Shown: positions 25,201 to 32,858, counted from the first letter of the stretch. The stretch: DNA of 38,278 nucleotides from Candidatus Berkelbacteria bacterium CG06_land_8_20_14_3_00_43_10 (GCA_002780235.1 PEVO01000026.1:1-38278); one strand, 5' to 3'. Notes: generated by a model not told the origin, from the letters alone. A program made the numbers and translations.

Positions 25201-26123
25201 TAGCCGAGGAAAACACAATTGATGGCTACGTAAACGCATCGGTACGCGAAACAATGGGTGATTTTAAAGATATCGCCAACGCTAAGGTTCTCGATGCGGG
25301 GCTTATTAAAAAAGACCCTAACATCCCCGTCGGGTTTTCCGCAGCGATGCTTATGGGGACAGACGACCAACGTAGCGCGGTGCTTGGTGAATATGTAAAA
25401 AACGCTGGGTTTACCGATGCGGCGCTCGGCGACACGCTGGGGTTTGATGTCCCCGGTGGCACGGTTGACGGGCTTCTTAAAGGAGTTACAACCGGCGATT
25501 TTGGCGATATATTGAGTACAGAAAATATAAGCAGTATGGCGTTTTCATTTGCAGATTCTGAATTTGGTTTTGAAGCAGGCACAACATCGCAACTTAGCGA
25601 TATATTCTCTGGCAAAGAAGATATGTCGTCCATGTTTGCATCGGGTGATATTGGTTCTACGGAGATGCAACAAAATCAAACGATGATGGCGATCCAAGCG
25701 GCAGATATGATCACCGGTGGCGCTATTAGCGACGTCACATCATCGGTGGATGATTCTCTGGGACTTCCTGCGGGTACAACAATGGCAGTCGTGGTGTTTC
25801 TTGTGACGGGAGATCCGACACAGCTGATAAATATCGCGCTTGGAGAGATATTTGGGTGGGGCAAGATGGAGTGTCCCGACCTTAAAAAACTTGCGCAAGG
25901 AAAGGTGCACGATCTGTTAAACGAGGTAACGCAATATGCGCTCGATGAACAAAAAAATAACAGTGATAGACCGGTTATCCCCTCGCAGATCATGACATGG
26001 CGCGATGAGGACATTAAGGGATTACTGCCTTTATCTGAAAAGTTGTTCGGTCCGGGTGGGCGACGCAGCAAGGGAGGGGTGGTCAAAGGGCTCAATCCGG
26101 ATTATATTCATATAGGGTTCTAA
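22224..26123 (+). CDS. 1299-aa secreted/surface protein of unknown function with recurrent short G(I/L)PxG motifs
   Basis: Signal-peptide-like N-terminus (RSFIVFLTAGMLFMNPLIVFAQTTTSD). There are about 14 occurrences of a (L/I/V)P-x-G-type motif, for example LGIPFPTQGT, LGIPVGSTQA, WGIPSGALEN, SGFPSGTLTS, LGLPAGTTMA. A hydrophobic segment lies near the C-terminus (MAVVVFLVTG...INIALGEIFGW). Confidence 0.85.
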   Translation: MTQRKYWRSFIVFLTAGMLFMNPLIVFAQTTTSDTSGEGEQVEQDTGGDENDLVIPPVATGGEWEKPALKMSGIDLGAIMQGKVDARVPKLLLYLTSKKDDGGAGHWYIRVQRVIKNYRGKKDLSKETDYDALSDSSGVQLDPNESAHAEDIAQALDISEIDTYQCVIKGKPGEEDKKTPPMPILVKWQDKAPGTTVGDEGGGGGFHGDNLFDLGASFFSSGLLTGLSDNADFTIGDYLPTDNSIMGAITGMGQAALKDELGIPFPTQGTLGDTLTAMGAQVMADQTGLPAETFSGSNKNEWLGNIVKGSITKELKLPDGSLQGDSIDAWVESTGKRVIEHDLMLREGILDSIPTTGGINALAQAKFETIADLPGGALTTLKDGVIQSTGQSIVPLLANASHIDERLGIPVGSTQALAQGKTSVKDFTTKVAEPIKADYITRFSQWDRSNPIIAPTLTSVKPTDFPEWKGPDKAWGIPSGALENLLANKPQLFYRMTGADRLAQVFGLPKDDADNLVRNTKFGPVKSIDVAKGHGNPASITSEDWVKLFKGTDQDRQEIFERVGNDIFTTKIAPNVKSNLYFDFTKKNLQSVFDGNGDISAYALQLGGSALDSSFDIPDNTFVNALKANPSNPIEAVDTAIITSITDTLNMDTGLSSQYALPGGYQITDDDVKGLFQGQATALFNKLGGKEYDASIQALPGNSFDYAQGKLSASSLFGNAGIYRVALGLGLKQTDPKLRDNGVTGGADARGTYLAKIISDNASRINQPFLEYTFNADADLSKIYMFNFEDVQKSLQNITKDAKNAVGNASLLLAESVSAASGFPSGTLTSVLLSPQNASKIMIDTGISMLSRAIGLEDPESPFGENKLLQTYLNPEKFIDFGSFTPMFGDPSMNMKSINAAANTAIQGLTGSIATATGITNIDHAASFLTGDTSTGITAWGLSLFAKNTNEGLTNPAALIDYDTIAKSVFGDAGALATTTSDATKNFASNAKIAEENTIDGYVNASVRETMGDFKDIANAKVLDAGLIKKDPNIPVGFSAAMLMGTDDQRSAVLGEYVKNAGFTDAALGDTLGFDVPGGTVDGLLKGVTTGDFGDILSTENISSMAFSFADSEFGFEAGTTSQLSDIFSGKEDMSSMFASGDIGSTEMQQNQTMMAIQAADMITGGAISDVTSSVDDSLGLPAGTTMAVVVFLVTGDPTQLINIALGEIFGWGKMECPDLKKLAQGKVHDLLNEVTQYALDEQKNNSDRPVIPSQIMTWRDEDIKGLLPLSEKLFGPGGRRSKGGVVKGLNPDYIHIGF

Positions 26124-26136
26124 AAATACATATATT

Positions 26137-27045
26137 ATGAAAAAACTATATATATTTGGTATCATTGTCGCATCACTGACAGTTTTGTATCTGCCGTTTG
26201 TTGCGCACGCTCAGATCGGCGCACAGTATCCCAATGGGTTTAACCGAGTCCAAGGAAAAGGCGACTTTGATAAATACAGTTACGATTACTCTGTTTGGTG
26301 TAATGTCGCAAGCGACGTTGGAGGCATCCTTTCCATTGACAGATCAAGCGCGAGCACCGATACATATACGTGCGCGCCGGCAAGCGCGTCCACATATTAT
26401 TCTGCGAAGCAATTCCCTTCTTCATATTTTGCGCAAAAAGAAAATTCGAGTCGTATACTTTGTAATTACGAAAATGGGGGAACCGGGGGGGTCTATTCGA
26501 CAAAACGCGACCAGTATATCGACCATTACTATTGTAAGAAGTCGGGGTCATCATCGAGTGGAGGCACCGGTTCTGGGGGGACAACAAGCTCGGGCGGATC
26601 AACAGGAACGGGAACAAGCCCGAGCACGGGGAGCGGGTCGAGCAGCGGAACGGGTGGGCTCGGCAACAAATCGCTCGCAGAGATGACCGTCACCGTGCCG
26701 AGTCTAGGTGTTTTTAGCGATATCGGCACCTATTTGAGCACCCTTATCACGCGCTACGGCATCCCGTTTGCGGTGATGGCGGCGCTCATTCTTATTATGT
26801 ATGCCGGGTGGCACTACATCCACTCCGGTGGGTCACCAGAAGGACAAAAACTCGCAAAAGAGTTGATTGTTGGTGCGCTTTTAGGGCTTCTTGTCCTGTT
26901 TATGATCGGCTACGCACTAACGGTGATTATCCCGCAAGAAGAACTTAATAGTAGCGGCACTACCGGACAAGCTAATGGAGCAACCATAACCGTCAAACTG
27001 CCCGCCCAAATTAAATCTTTAAAAGGTAAATTGAGTGGTAACTAA
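26137..27045 (+). CDS. VirB2/TrbC-like pilin domain fused to an N-terminal Cys-containing domain and a Gly/Ser/Thr linker
   Basis: Signal peptide LYIFGIIVASLTVLYLPFVAHAQ. Four Cys lie in the first ~130 aa, followed by the linker SSSSGGTGSGGTTSSGGSTGTGTSPSTGSGSSSGTGG. The C-terminus IPFAVMAALILIMYAGWHYIHSGGSPEGQKLAKELIVGALLGLLVLFMIGYAL matches the two-helix TrbC/VirB2 pattern seen in CPR pilin-like proteins (from memory). Confidence 0.7.
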   Translation: MKKLYIFGIIVASLTVLYLPFVAHAQIGAQYPNGFNRVQGKGDFDKYSYDYSVWCNVASDVGGILSIDRSSASTDTYTCAPASASTYYSAKQFPSSYFAQKENSSRILCNYENGGTGGVYSTKRDQYIDHYYCKKSGSSSSGGTGSGGTTSSGGSTGTGTSPSTGSGSSSGTGGLGNKSLAEMTVTVPSLGVFSDIGTYLSTLITRYGIPFAVMAALILIMYAGWHYIHSGGSPEGQKLAKELIVGALLGLLVLFMIGYALTVIIPQEELNSSGTTGQANGATITVKLPAQIKSLKGKLSGN

Positions 27046-27065
27046 GGTCAATACTTCCCAAGCTT

Positions 27066-27347
27066 ATGAAAAACACATCGCAAAAAAAATCCGAAAATAT
27101 TCTTTTCATCGCGGGCATACTGAAAAATATCAGTATTAAAAATCGTCAGGTGGCAGTCAGCCTTTTTATACTTGTAATTGTTTTGGTCTTGGTGTTGATA
27201 CTCGTCAAGGAAAATATAGCTAAAGCGGATACCCAATGGGAGGCGAGTCAGAATGCTGAAATACCCGGCGACCAAAGAGTTATTAATATTGCGAAGGAAG
27301 TAGCCGACGCAAAAGTTGCACCCTATAAGCCGATCAATTGCGGGTAA
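27066..27347 (+). CDS. small single-pass membrane protein, hypothetical
   Basis: 93-aa ORF with TM VAVSLFILVIVLVLVLILV and no clear SD. It is in series with the operon. Confidence 0.5.
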   Translation: MKNTSQKKSENILFIAGILKNISIKNRQVAVSLFILVIVLVLVLILVKENIAKADTQWEASQNAEIPGDQRVINIAKEVADAKVAPYKPINCG

Positions 27348-27377
27348 AAATTACCATTATATAAATATCCGAAAAAT

Positions 27378-28454
27378 TTGCAGATTAACTCAACTAAAAT
27401 GACTTTGTTCCAGTCAAAAATACAAGGGTTGTTTTATCAAGTTTGTATTTACGAAAAACAATACGACCCGAGCTATCGTCTCAACTTAAATTCTGTTATT
27501 ATTTTGGACGAAAATATTATTAATCAAGATCCAGCCAACGCCGAGATGTCACAATTTGATATTTATTCCGGTAATATTTTAGTCGGTTCCGATCTATTTG
27601 ATAAAACAGACTTGCTTGACTTTACCTTGACCGTGCAATTAGTTGAAGCCTTCCAGTATGGGGGAAAAGAGCCTAATAGACCAAGCTATCCTATATACGG
27701 CGTTATGATGGATGCGAAAGTTTATTATATGAAAGATAGCGTTAACAGGTATACCTCTGCAAAGATTTTGCCCAACAACTCTGTCGCCACTAGCAAAGTT
27801 GGCAAAGAAGAAAGAGACATAATAAGTGCTATGATTGAGGCAATGAAGAGAATTCAACCGGAGAAAAGAGATACGGCAGAAAAATTGGCGATCAGCACCA
27901 TCAATAAAGAATTTGATGGGGGCGAATTAGGCAAAAAAGTATTTGATCCTATTTTTAAACCATATATGGATTCTTTAGGACCGTATACCGGCAAAAAACC
28001 TGGTGCTGGAGAACCGGAAGACTTCAAAAAAAATATGAATAGTCCATATTACAGAATCTCTGAATCTGTAAAGGCGGCTGGTCAAATTGAGTCGGGTTGG
28101 AAAGGTTGGAGACAAGAGGATACTGTGGATTGGTTAAACTCCATTGAAAATCCAGATTATATACGTCACCCAAGAATAATTACATCAGCGGGCACAACCG
28201 CAAATACATCCGTCGCGCTGCCAAAAAGCTTTAACCTCACTGACGGTCATAGCGCTACTGTAGAACCGGGGACTTACTCTTTAACCGCAACCCTAACCAC
28301 GGGCGGAACAAAGGATTGTGGGAAAGTCAATGTTGATGCTAGTGGTAATGTCAATATTTCCTATACTGGCGGTCAATGTAGCGCGCAACCCTCCACCGTA
28401 TCTAATGGAAAATTAACGGAAGCCAATAACACCAGGGCTAACTCCCTACCCTAA
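27378..28454 (+). CDS. hypothetical protein (start uncertain: TTG 27378 or ATG 27399)
   Basis: 358-aa ORF that is AT-richer than its neighbours, with no signal peptide or SD. The C-terminal region is Thr/Gly/Ser-rich and beta-like. Its 3-prime end overlaps the convergent DUF721 ORF by 17 nt. Confidence 0.55.
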   Translation: MQINSTKMTLFQSKIQGLFYQVCIYEKQYDPSYRLNLNSVIILDENIINQDPANAEMSQFDIYSGNILVGSDLFDKTDLLDFTLTVQLVEAFQYGGKEPNRPSYPIYGVMMDAKVYYMKDSVNRYTSAKILPNNSVATSKVGKEERDIISAMIEAMKRIQPEKRDTAEKLAISTINKEFDGGELGKKVFDPIFKPYMDSLGPYTGKKPGAGEPEDFKKNMNSPYYRISESVKAAGQIESGWKGWRQEDTVDWLNSIENPDYIRHPRIITSAGTTANTSVALPKSFNLTDGHSATVEPGTYSLTATLTTGGTKDCGKVNVDASGNVNISYTGGQCSAQPSTVSNGKLTEANNTRANSLP

Positions 28455-28704
28455 AATAAATCTTTTTAACCAGTGCTCGCCCAAGCTCCTGGTTGATTTT
28501 TTCTATTAGCGCGGTTTGGTTGATTTTTATTTGATTGGCGGCGACAGACGATTTGACGCTGAGGCGCAGATTGCCGTTTTTGAAGGTTAAAACCTGCCCA
28601 TCGCCCCCAACTACCTTTTGGGCTTCATAAACGATCTGCGCTGCACCTATGGCGCGTTGGTGTGCTTTGTGTGCAAAGATCGATGTGAGTGAGGTGAAAG
28701 ACAT
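28438..28704 (-). CDS. DUF721 (DciA-like) family protein
   Basis: The position directly after recF is canonical. LRLSVKSSVAANQIKINQTALIEKINQELGRALVKKIYFRVG matches the DUF721 pattern (L.v.v.ss.wa.eL......il.kln..lg...v..i.f). Confidence 0.65.
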   Translation of the reverse strand: MSFTSLTSIFAHKAHQRAIGAAQIVYEAQKVVGGDGQVLTFKNGNLRLSVKSSVAANQIKINQTALIEKINQELGRALVKKIYFRVGS

Positions 28705-28730
28705 TGGTAATTAGTAATTGGTAATTAGTA
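28703..28730. repeat. perfect 14-bp tandem duplication (ATTGGTAATTAGTA x2) between recF and DUF721
   Basis: Units at 28703-28716 and 28717-28730, with a degenerate third unit following. The first unit includes the DUF721 start codon. Confidence 0.7.
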
Positions 28731-28738
28731 AGTAGCAA

Positions 28739-29785
28739 TTAGTTTAGTTCTATAGTATATGGATTAAGTGCTGCGAGTTTTGTAGGGAGCGACGTCGATG
28801 TAACTATTGTCTGTTGTTTGGAAAAAAGTGTCAAAAGAGTATCTTGGCGTTTGTGATCGAGTTCAGAAAAGACATCGTCAAGAAGTAAAATCGGTGTATC
28901 ATCGCCATCTGTTAATATATGCACCTCTGCTTTTTTTATTGCAAGCACAGCAAGCCGCCGTTCGCCACGCGACCCATAGTCTGCAAGTGAGCGACCATCA
29001 AGCGTAATTATACAGTCATCCCTGTGTGGACCGATATTTGTCGCACGGATACGTAGATCTTGATTGCGTGATCGCACAAGGAGTGTTTTTGATATATCAC
29101 TTGGACAATATGTAATTGTGAGTTTTCTTGGATCTCCTGTCAGGTCGCTATATTCACGCGCAATATGGGTTTGAAGTGTCGCGCAAAGGTGAGCACGTTC
29201 TTTTTGAATGATTTGAGAAACATCACACAACTGCGCATCCCACACACTCAATTCGTCTTCTTGCGCAAACCCCTGCGCCATACGCTCCAGTGTTGCATTG
29301 CGCCTACGCAGTATACGGCGCATATCAAGGAGTGCCCGCACATAGACTTTTGATTGCTGACCGATGCATTGATCTAAAAACTGTCGCCGGTGTTGCGGTG
29401 GTCCGTTGATAAAATCAAGATCATCAAGTGCGAATATCACCGTTTTAATGCTTCCGATAATGTGCGAAAACGGGTGCTTTACACCGTTTAGTGTTATCTG
29501 TTTTTTGTCATGGGTAAGCGCACACGTGATATAGGTAACCCCGCCGCTCCCTGCGACAGTTGCAATAATACGCGCTGCGGGCGCATCAAAAGTAATAACC
29601 TCTCTGTCTCGATGCGCTCTAAAACTCTTTCCCAGCGATAAAAAACGAATCGCTTCTATTATATTTGTTTTGCCGACACCGTTATCGCCAAGCAATACCG
29701 TGATCGGTTCAAAAACGATTGTTTTATGTGTATGATTTCTAAAATTTTCGAGGGTAAGTTCTGTAAGAGAACTCATATGTCTCAA
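28739..29785 (-). CDS. recF: DNA replication and repair protein RecF
   Basis: LENFRNHTHKTIVFEPITVLLGDNGVGKTNIIEAIRFLSLGKSFRA (Walker A) and C-terminal GERRLAVLAIKKAE...LLLDDVFSELD. It overlaps dnaN by 4 nt. Confidence 0.95.
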   Translation of the reverse strand: MRHMSSLTELTLENFRNHTHKTIVFEPITVLLGDNGVGKTNIIEAIRFLSLGKSFRAHRDREVITFDAPAARIIATVAGSGGVTYITCALTHDKKQITLNGVKHPFSHIIGSIKTVIFALDDLDFINGPPQHRRQFLDQCIGQQSKVYVRALLDMRRILRRRNATLERMAQGFAQEDELSVWDAQLCDVSQIIQKERAHLCATLQTHIAREYSDLTGDPRKLTITYCPSDISKTLLVRSRNQDLRIRATNIGPHRDDCIITLDGRSLADYGSRGERRLAVLAIKKAEVHILTDGDDTPILLLDDVFSELDHKRQDTLLTLFSKQQTIVTSTSLPTKLAALNPYTIELN

Positions 29786-30888
29786 TCGTCGAGTTTAAGG
29801 GGCATAACAAGGGTTCTGTAATCGACCCGTGATGAAGGGATGAGCATAAGAGGGGATACCTTTCCCGCACATTTAATGGTCACACTATCCCCGGGCATCA
29901 CCGCTAATATATCCAGTATAAACTTAGCATTACACGCTATTTCTAATGTTTCTCCTGTTGTTGTGCCTTCGACCGTATTAGATGTATCACCCATATTTGC
30001 CGATGTTGCAGAAATGGTGGTGGGGCTGTCGGGGATAAAGACGATACGAATATTATGTGATATATCGCGCGAAAAACTACTCGCTAATTTAAGGGCTGAT
30101 TGGAGAGCGCCGATAGAAACCTGCGCTGTGGTTGTTGCCTTTTTAGGTATAATCTGCTCGTAATCAGGGTATGTCCCCTCAAGAATACGCGAGATAAGTG
30201 TGCAGTTGCCAAACGAAAAACTTACCTGTGTTTGGGCGATGGTGAGCGTTACACTCTCGAGCGAGAGCTCTAACAGTCGCCCTACCTCTGAAAGTGTGCG
30301 CGCAGGAATAATACATGACACATCTTTTGGAGCGGGTTTCATAAGGGGGATCGTCCGTTCTGCAAGCCGGTAACTATCCGTTGCAACAAGAGTAAGTGTT
30401 GACCCATGAATAACACACAAAACTCCCGTTAATACGGGGCGGGTTTCATCAAGCGCGGTGGCAAAAACAACTTGATTAATCACTTCTTTTAAATCACTTG
30501 GTTTTATTTGATACGACTCGTCACTTGTCACATCGGGAATTAATGGGAAATCTTCTGCGTCAAGCCCGTGTAAGTGCGCGGTGACATGGTCGCTCTTCGC
30601 AGTTATTTGTGTGTTTTCTACTAAGAGATTGATCGTTTTATCCTGATTTGACGATACAAAATCAGCAAGAAGCCGTGCGGGGACCGTAATCGACCCTTCT
30701 TTTTCTACTTTTGCGCCGATAAAAACAACAAGCGCGATCTCAAGATCGGTCCCTGCTATTTTGAGCCGACCTTTATCCGTCGACAACAGCATATTAGAGA
30801 GTATAGGGAGTGTCGACCGAACACCCACAATACGACTCACCGCAGAAACCCCTTTTGCTAAATTTTCTTGCATACATGATATGTGCAT
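29782..30888 (-). CDS. dnaN: DNA polymerase III beta sliding clamp
   Basis: The N-terminus ...QENLAKGVSAVSRIVGVRSTLPILSNMLLSTDKGRLKIAGTDLEIAL and the C-terminus ...SPLMLIP....YRTLVMPLKL are typical DnaN. Synteny is dnaA-dnaN-recF. Confidence 0.95.
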   Translation of the reverse strand: MHISCMQENLAKGVSAVSRIVGVRSTLPILSNMLLSTDKGRLKIAGTDLEIALVVFIGAKVEKEGSITVPARLLADFVSSNQDKTINLLVENTQITAKSDHVTAHLHGLDAEDFPLIPDVTSDESYQIKPSDLKEVINQVVFATALDETRPVLTGVLCVIHGSTLTLVATDSYRLAERTIPLMKPAPKDVSCIIPARTLSEVGRLLELSLESVTLTIAQTQVSFSFGNCTLISRILEGTYPDYEQIIPKKATTTAQVSIGALQSALKLASSFSRDISHNIRIVFIPDSPTTISATSANMGDTSNTVEGTTTGETLEIACNAKFILDILAVMPGDSVTIKCAGKVSPLMLIPSSRVDYRTLVMPLKLDD

Positions 30889-31164
30889 ATATTTTTTCCT
30901 TTCTTGTTCCTTTATTATTTTATTTCTATATTATCCACACCATCGCCTCTTTCCTCTTTAATTATCTATATATAAAGAAAGAAAGAGTAGTAGTAGTAAG
31001 GACTGTGAATATGTGAATAAACTGGTGTGTGTGGTGTGGATTTCTTGAGGAAAACCTGTGTGTTGGGGTGGATAGTCTGTGTATAAAAATACGTCCATAT
31101 TATATTACCGCGCGTTATCCACATTCTTTCCACAACTTATCCACATGTTTTCCACAAGCACCGG
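30889..31164. promoter_or_regulatory. dnaA-dnaN intergenic oriC segment: phased DnaA boxes, trio-like repeats, AT-rich tract
   Basis: Four direct boxes at exact 11-bp spacing: TTATCCACA 31115, cTtTCCACA 31126, TTATCCACA 31137 and TTtTCCACA 31148. Opposite-orientation box-like sites: TGTGaATAt 31004, TGTGaATAA 31012, TGTGGATtt 31035 and gGTGGATAg 31067. There is also TTATCCACA at 30931, TAGTAGTAGTAA at 30988-30999, and AT-rich sequence from 30889 to 30985. Confidence 0.65.
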
Positions 31165-32550
31165 TTATTTAGCGTAAAGTATCGTTCGGATACTCCCCAA
31201 CTCTTCGCGCAACTCATCATCGCGCCCCAACTCTTTTTCTATCACGCCAGATCCATGCATAATAGTGGTGTGATCTTTTCCCCCAAGCGCATCACCAATC
31301 TGGGGAAAAGACATCCCACACTCTAGGCGCATAAGATACATAAGGATATGGCGGGGGTGGACAAAGCGGCGATTGCGCTGTTTCCCCATAATCTCTTCTT
31401 TTGTGATGGAAAAATGACGCGTAACAATATCAATAAGTTTATCCGGCGTTGTCGCACCTTTCTTTGCACCTGCGCCTAATTGGTCTTTGAGCGCCGCGCG
31501 TGCAAGGTCGAGTGTTGGTTGTTCACCTTGGAGTTGGCAGTATGCGATAACTTTATTGAGCGCTCCTTCTAGTTCGCGGATGTTACTCATAAAACTTTCC
31601 GCGATGAAAGAGAGAACATCGGGATCTATATCCATACCCGCCCGTGTTGCCTTTTCTTGCACAATAGCGAGGCGCGTTTCGAGGTCGGGGGGTTGAATAT
31701 CAGCGACCATCCCCATCCCAAACCTACTTGAAAGACGACCCTCAAGATCAGGGATAGCGGTGGGGATGCGGTCAGAGGTCATCACAATCTGTCGATCGTT
31801 TTGATGAAGCGCGTTAAAAGTGTGGAAGAACTCTTCTTGCGTCCCTTCTTTGCGTGAGAGAAATTGTATATCATCAACCAAAAAAACATCTATCGAACGG
31901 TATTTTTTCTTAAATGATTCAGATTTTTTGCTTTGTATCGATTGCACAAAATCGTTCGCAAAATCCTCGCACGATGTATACAGGAGCTTAAGTTTTGGAT
32001 TGTGCGCAAGCAGAGTGTTCCCAATAGCATGGATAAGGTGGGTTTTGCCGAGCCCCACACCACCGTAGACAACAAGGGGGTTATGCATCTTCCCCGGCGT
32101 TTGCGCAACCGCTTGACATGCGGCGTAGGCAAGCCGGTTGTTTGACCCAACAATAAAGCTGTCAAATGTATATTCGGGTCGGAGGCGCAGGGTCGTCATG
32201 GTGTTTGGCGGTGTCAGATCGATAGACGCCTGTGCGTTTTGAGAAACAGGAGACGGCGCGTGCGTCGTTGGTTGAGGGGTGGTAGTGTGCGCGCGTGGCA
32301 GTGGCGCACCGATCATATAGGTGATATGAGTGACGGCGCCATCGGTGAGTTTTTTGAGCGTTTTGAGGATCTCTTGGTCGTAGCGCTTTTCAAACCATTT
32401 TTTGACAAATGCACTCGGCACAGAGATAACTGCCTGTGGCGGTTGAATATCAACAAGTCTAGTTCCCCGAAACCAGGTGGTGTAGTTTGCTTTGGAGAGT
32501 GCGACTTCTAGCTCTCCTAACGCGGCTTGCCAGATATCATCGAGTTCCAT
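31165..32550 (-). CDS. dnaA: chromosomal replication initiator DnaA
   Basis: Walker A VVYGGVGLGKTHL, Walker B VFLVDDIQFL, sensor and box VII blocks (SDRIP..L..RL.SRF..G), and the C-terminal DNA-binding helix HTTIMHG. AGGAGA SD. Confidence 0.97.
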   Translation of the reverse strand: MELDDIWQAALGELEVALSKANYTTWFRGTRLVDIQPPQAVISVPSAFVKKWFEKRYDQEILKTLKKLTDGAVTHITYMIGAPLPRAHTTTPQPTTHAPSPVSQNAQASIDLTPPNTMTTLRLRPEYTFDSFIVGSNNRLAYAACQAVAQTPGKMHNPLVVYGGVGLGKTHLIHAIGNTLLAHNPKLKLLYTSCEDFANDFVQSIQSKKSESFKKKYRSIDVFLVDDIQFLSRKEGTQEEFFHTFNALHQNDRQIVMTSDRIPTAIPDLEGRLSSRFGMGMVADIQPPDLETRLAIVQEKATRAGMDIDPDVLSFIAESFMSNIRELEGALNKVIAYCQLQGEQPTLDLARAALKDQLGAGAKKGATTPDKLIDIVTRHFSITKEEIMGKQRNRRFVHPRHILMYLMRLECGMSFPQIGDALGGKDHTTIMHGSGVIEKELGRDDELREELGSIRTILYAK

Positions 32551-32712
32551 TTTTCTCCTATCGCCATCCTAGCACATCGAGTTATCCACAGTTAATGGTA
32601 TGGCTGTGGATAATTGTAGCACAAACTGTTAAGACTGTGGATAAGTGGGGTGGACACATATTTTCGCTTTACATATATATATATATAAGATACACTATCC
32701 ACAGGAGATCGC
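32551..32712. promoter_or_regulatory. rpmH/dnaA intergenic region with DnaA boxes and (AT)n tract (second oriC segment / dnaA autoregulatory region)
   Basis: TTATCCACA 32582-32590, TGTGGATAA 32605-32613, TGTGGATAA 32636-32644 and cTATCCACA 32695-32703. There is an alternating AT run at 32673-32687. Confidence 0.65.
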
Positions 32713-32850
32713 ATGAAACGGACATTCCAAGGCAACAATACAAAAAAGAAAAATGATCACGGCTTTCTCAAAAAGATGACAACAGAAGGTGGACGCGCAA
32801 CGCTTAAGCGCCGGCGCGCACGTGGTCGTGCACGCCTCACAACAGTGTAG
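32713..32850 (+). CDS. rpmH: 50S ribosomal protein L34
   Basis: Not in the ORF track (45 aa). My translation is [45 protein letters not shown], the classic L34 pattern. AGGAGA SD at 32703-32708. The position between dnaA and rnpA is canonical. Confidence 0.9.
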   Translation: MKRTFQGNNTKKKNDHGFLKKMTTEGGRATLKRRRARGRARLTTV

Positions 32851-32858
32851 GCGGTTGC

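Noticed and set aside
32487-32756. 89-aa + ORF spanning the dnaA start, the DnaA boxes and the rpmH start
   Set aside because: It crosses the intergenic origin region and is out of frame with the clear 45-aa L34 coding sequence.
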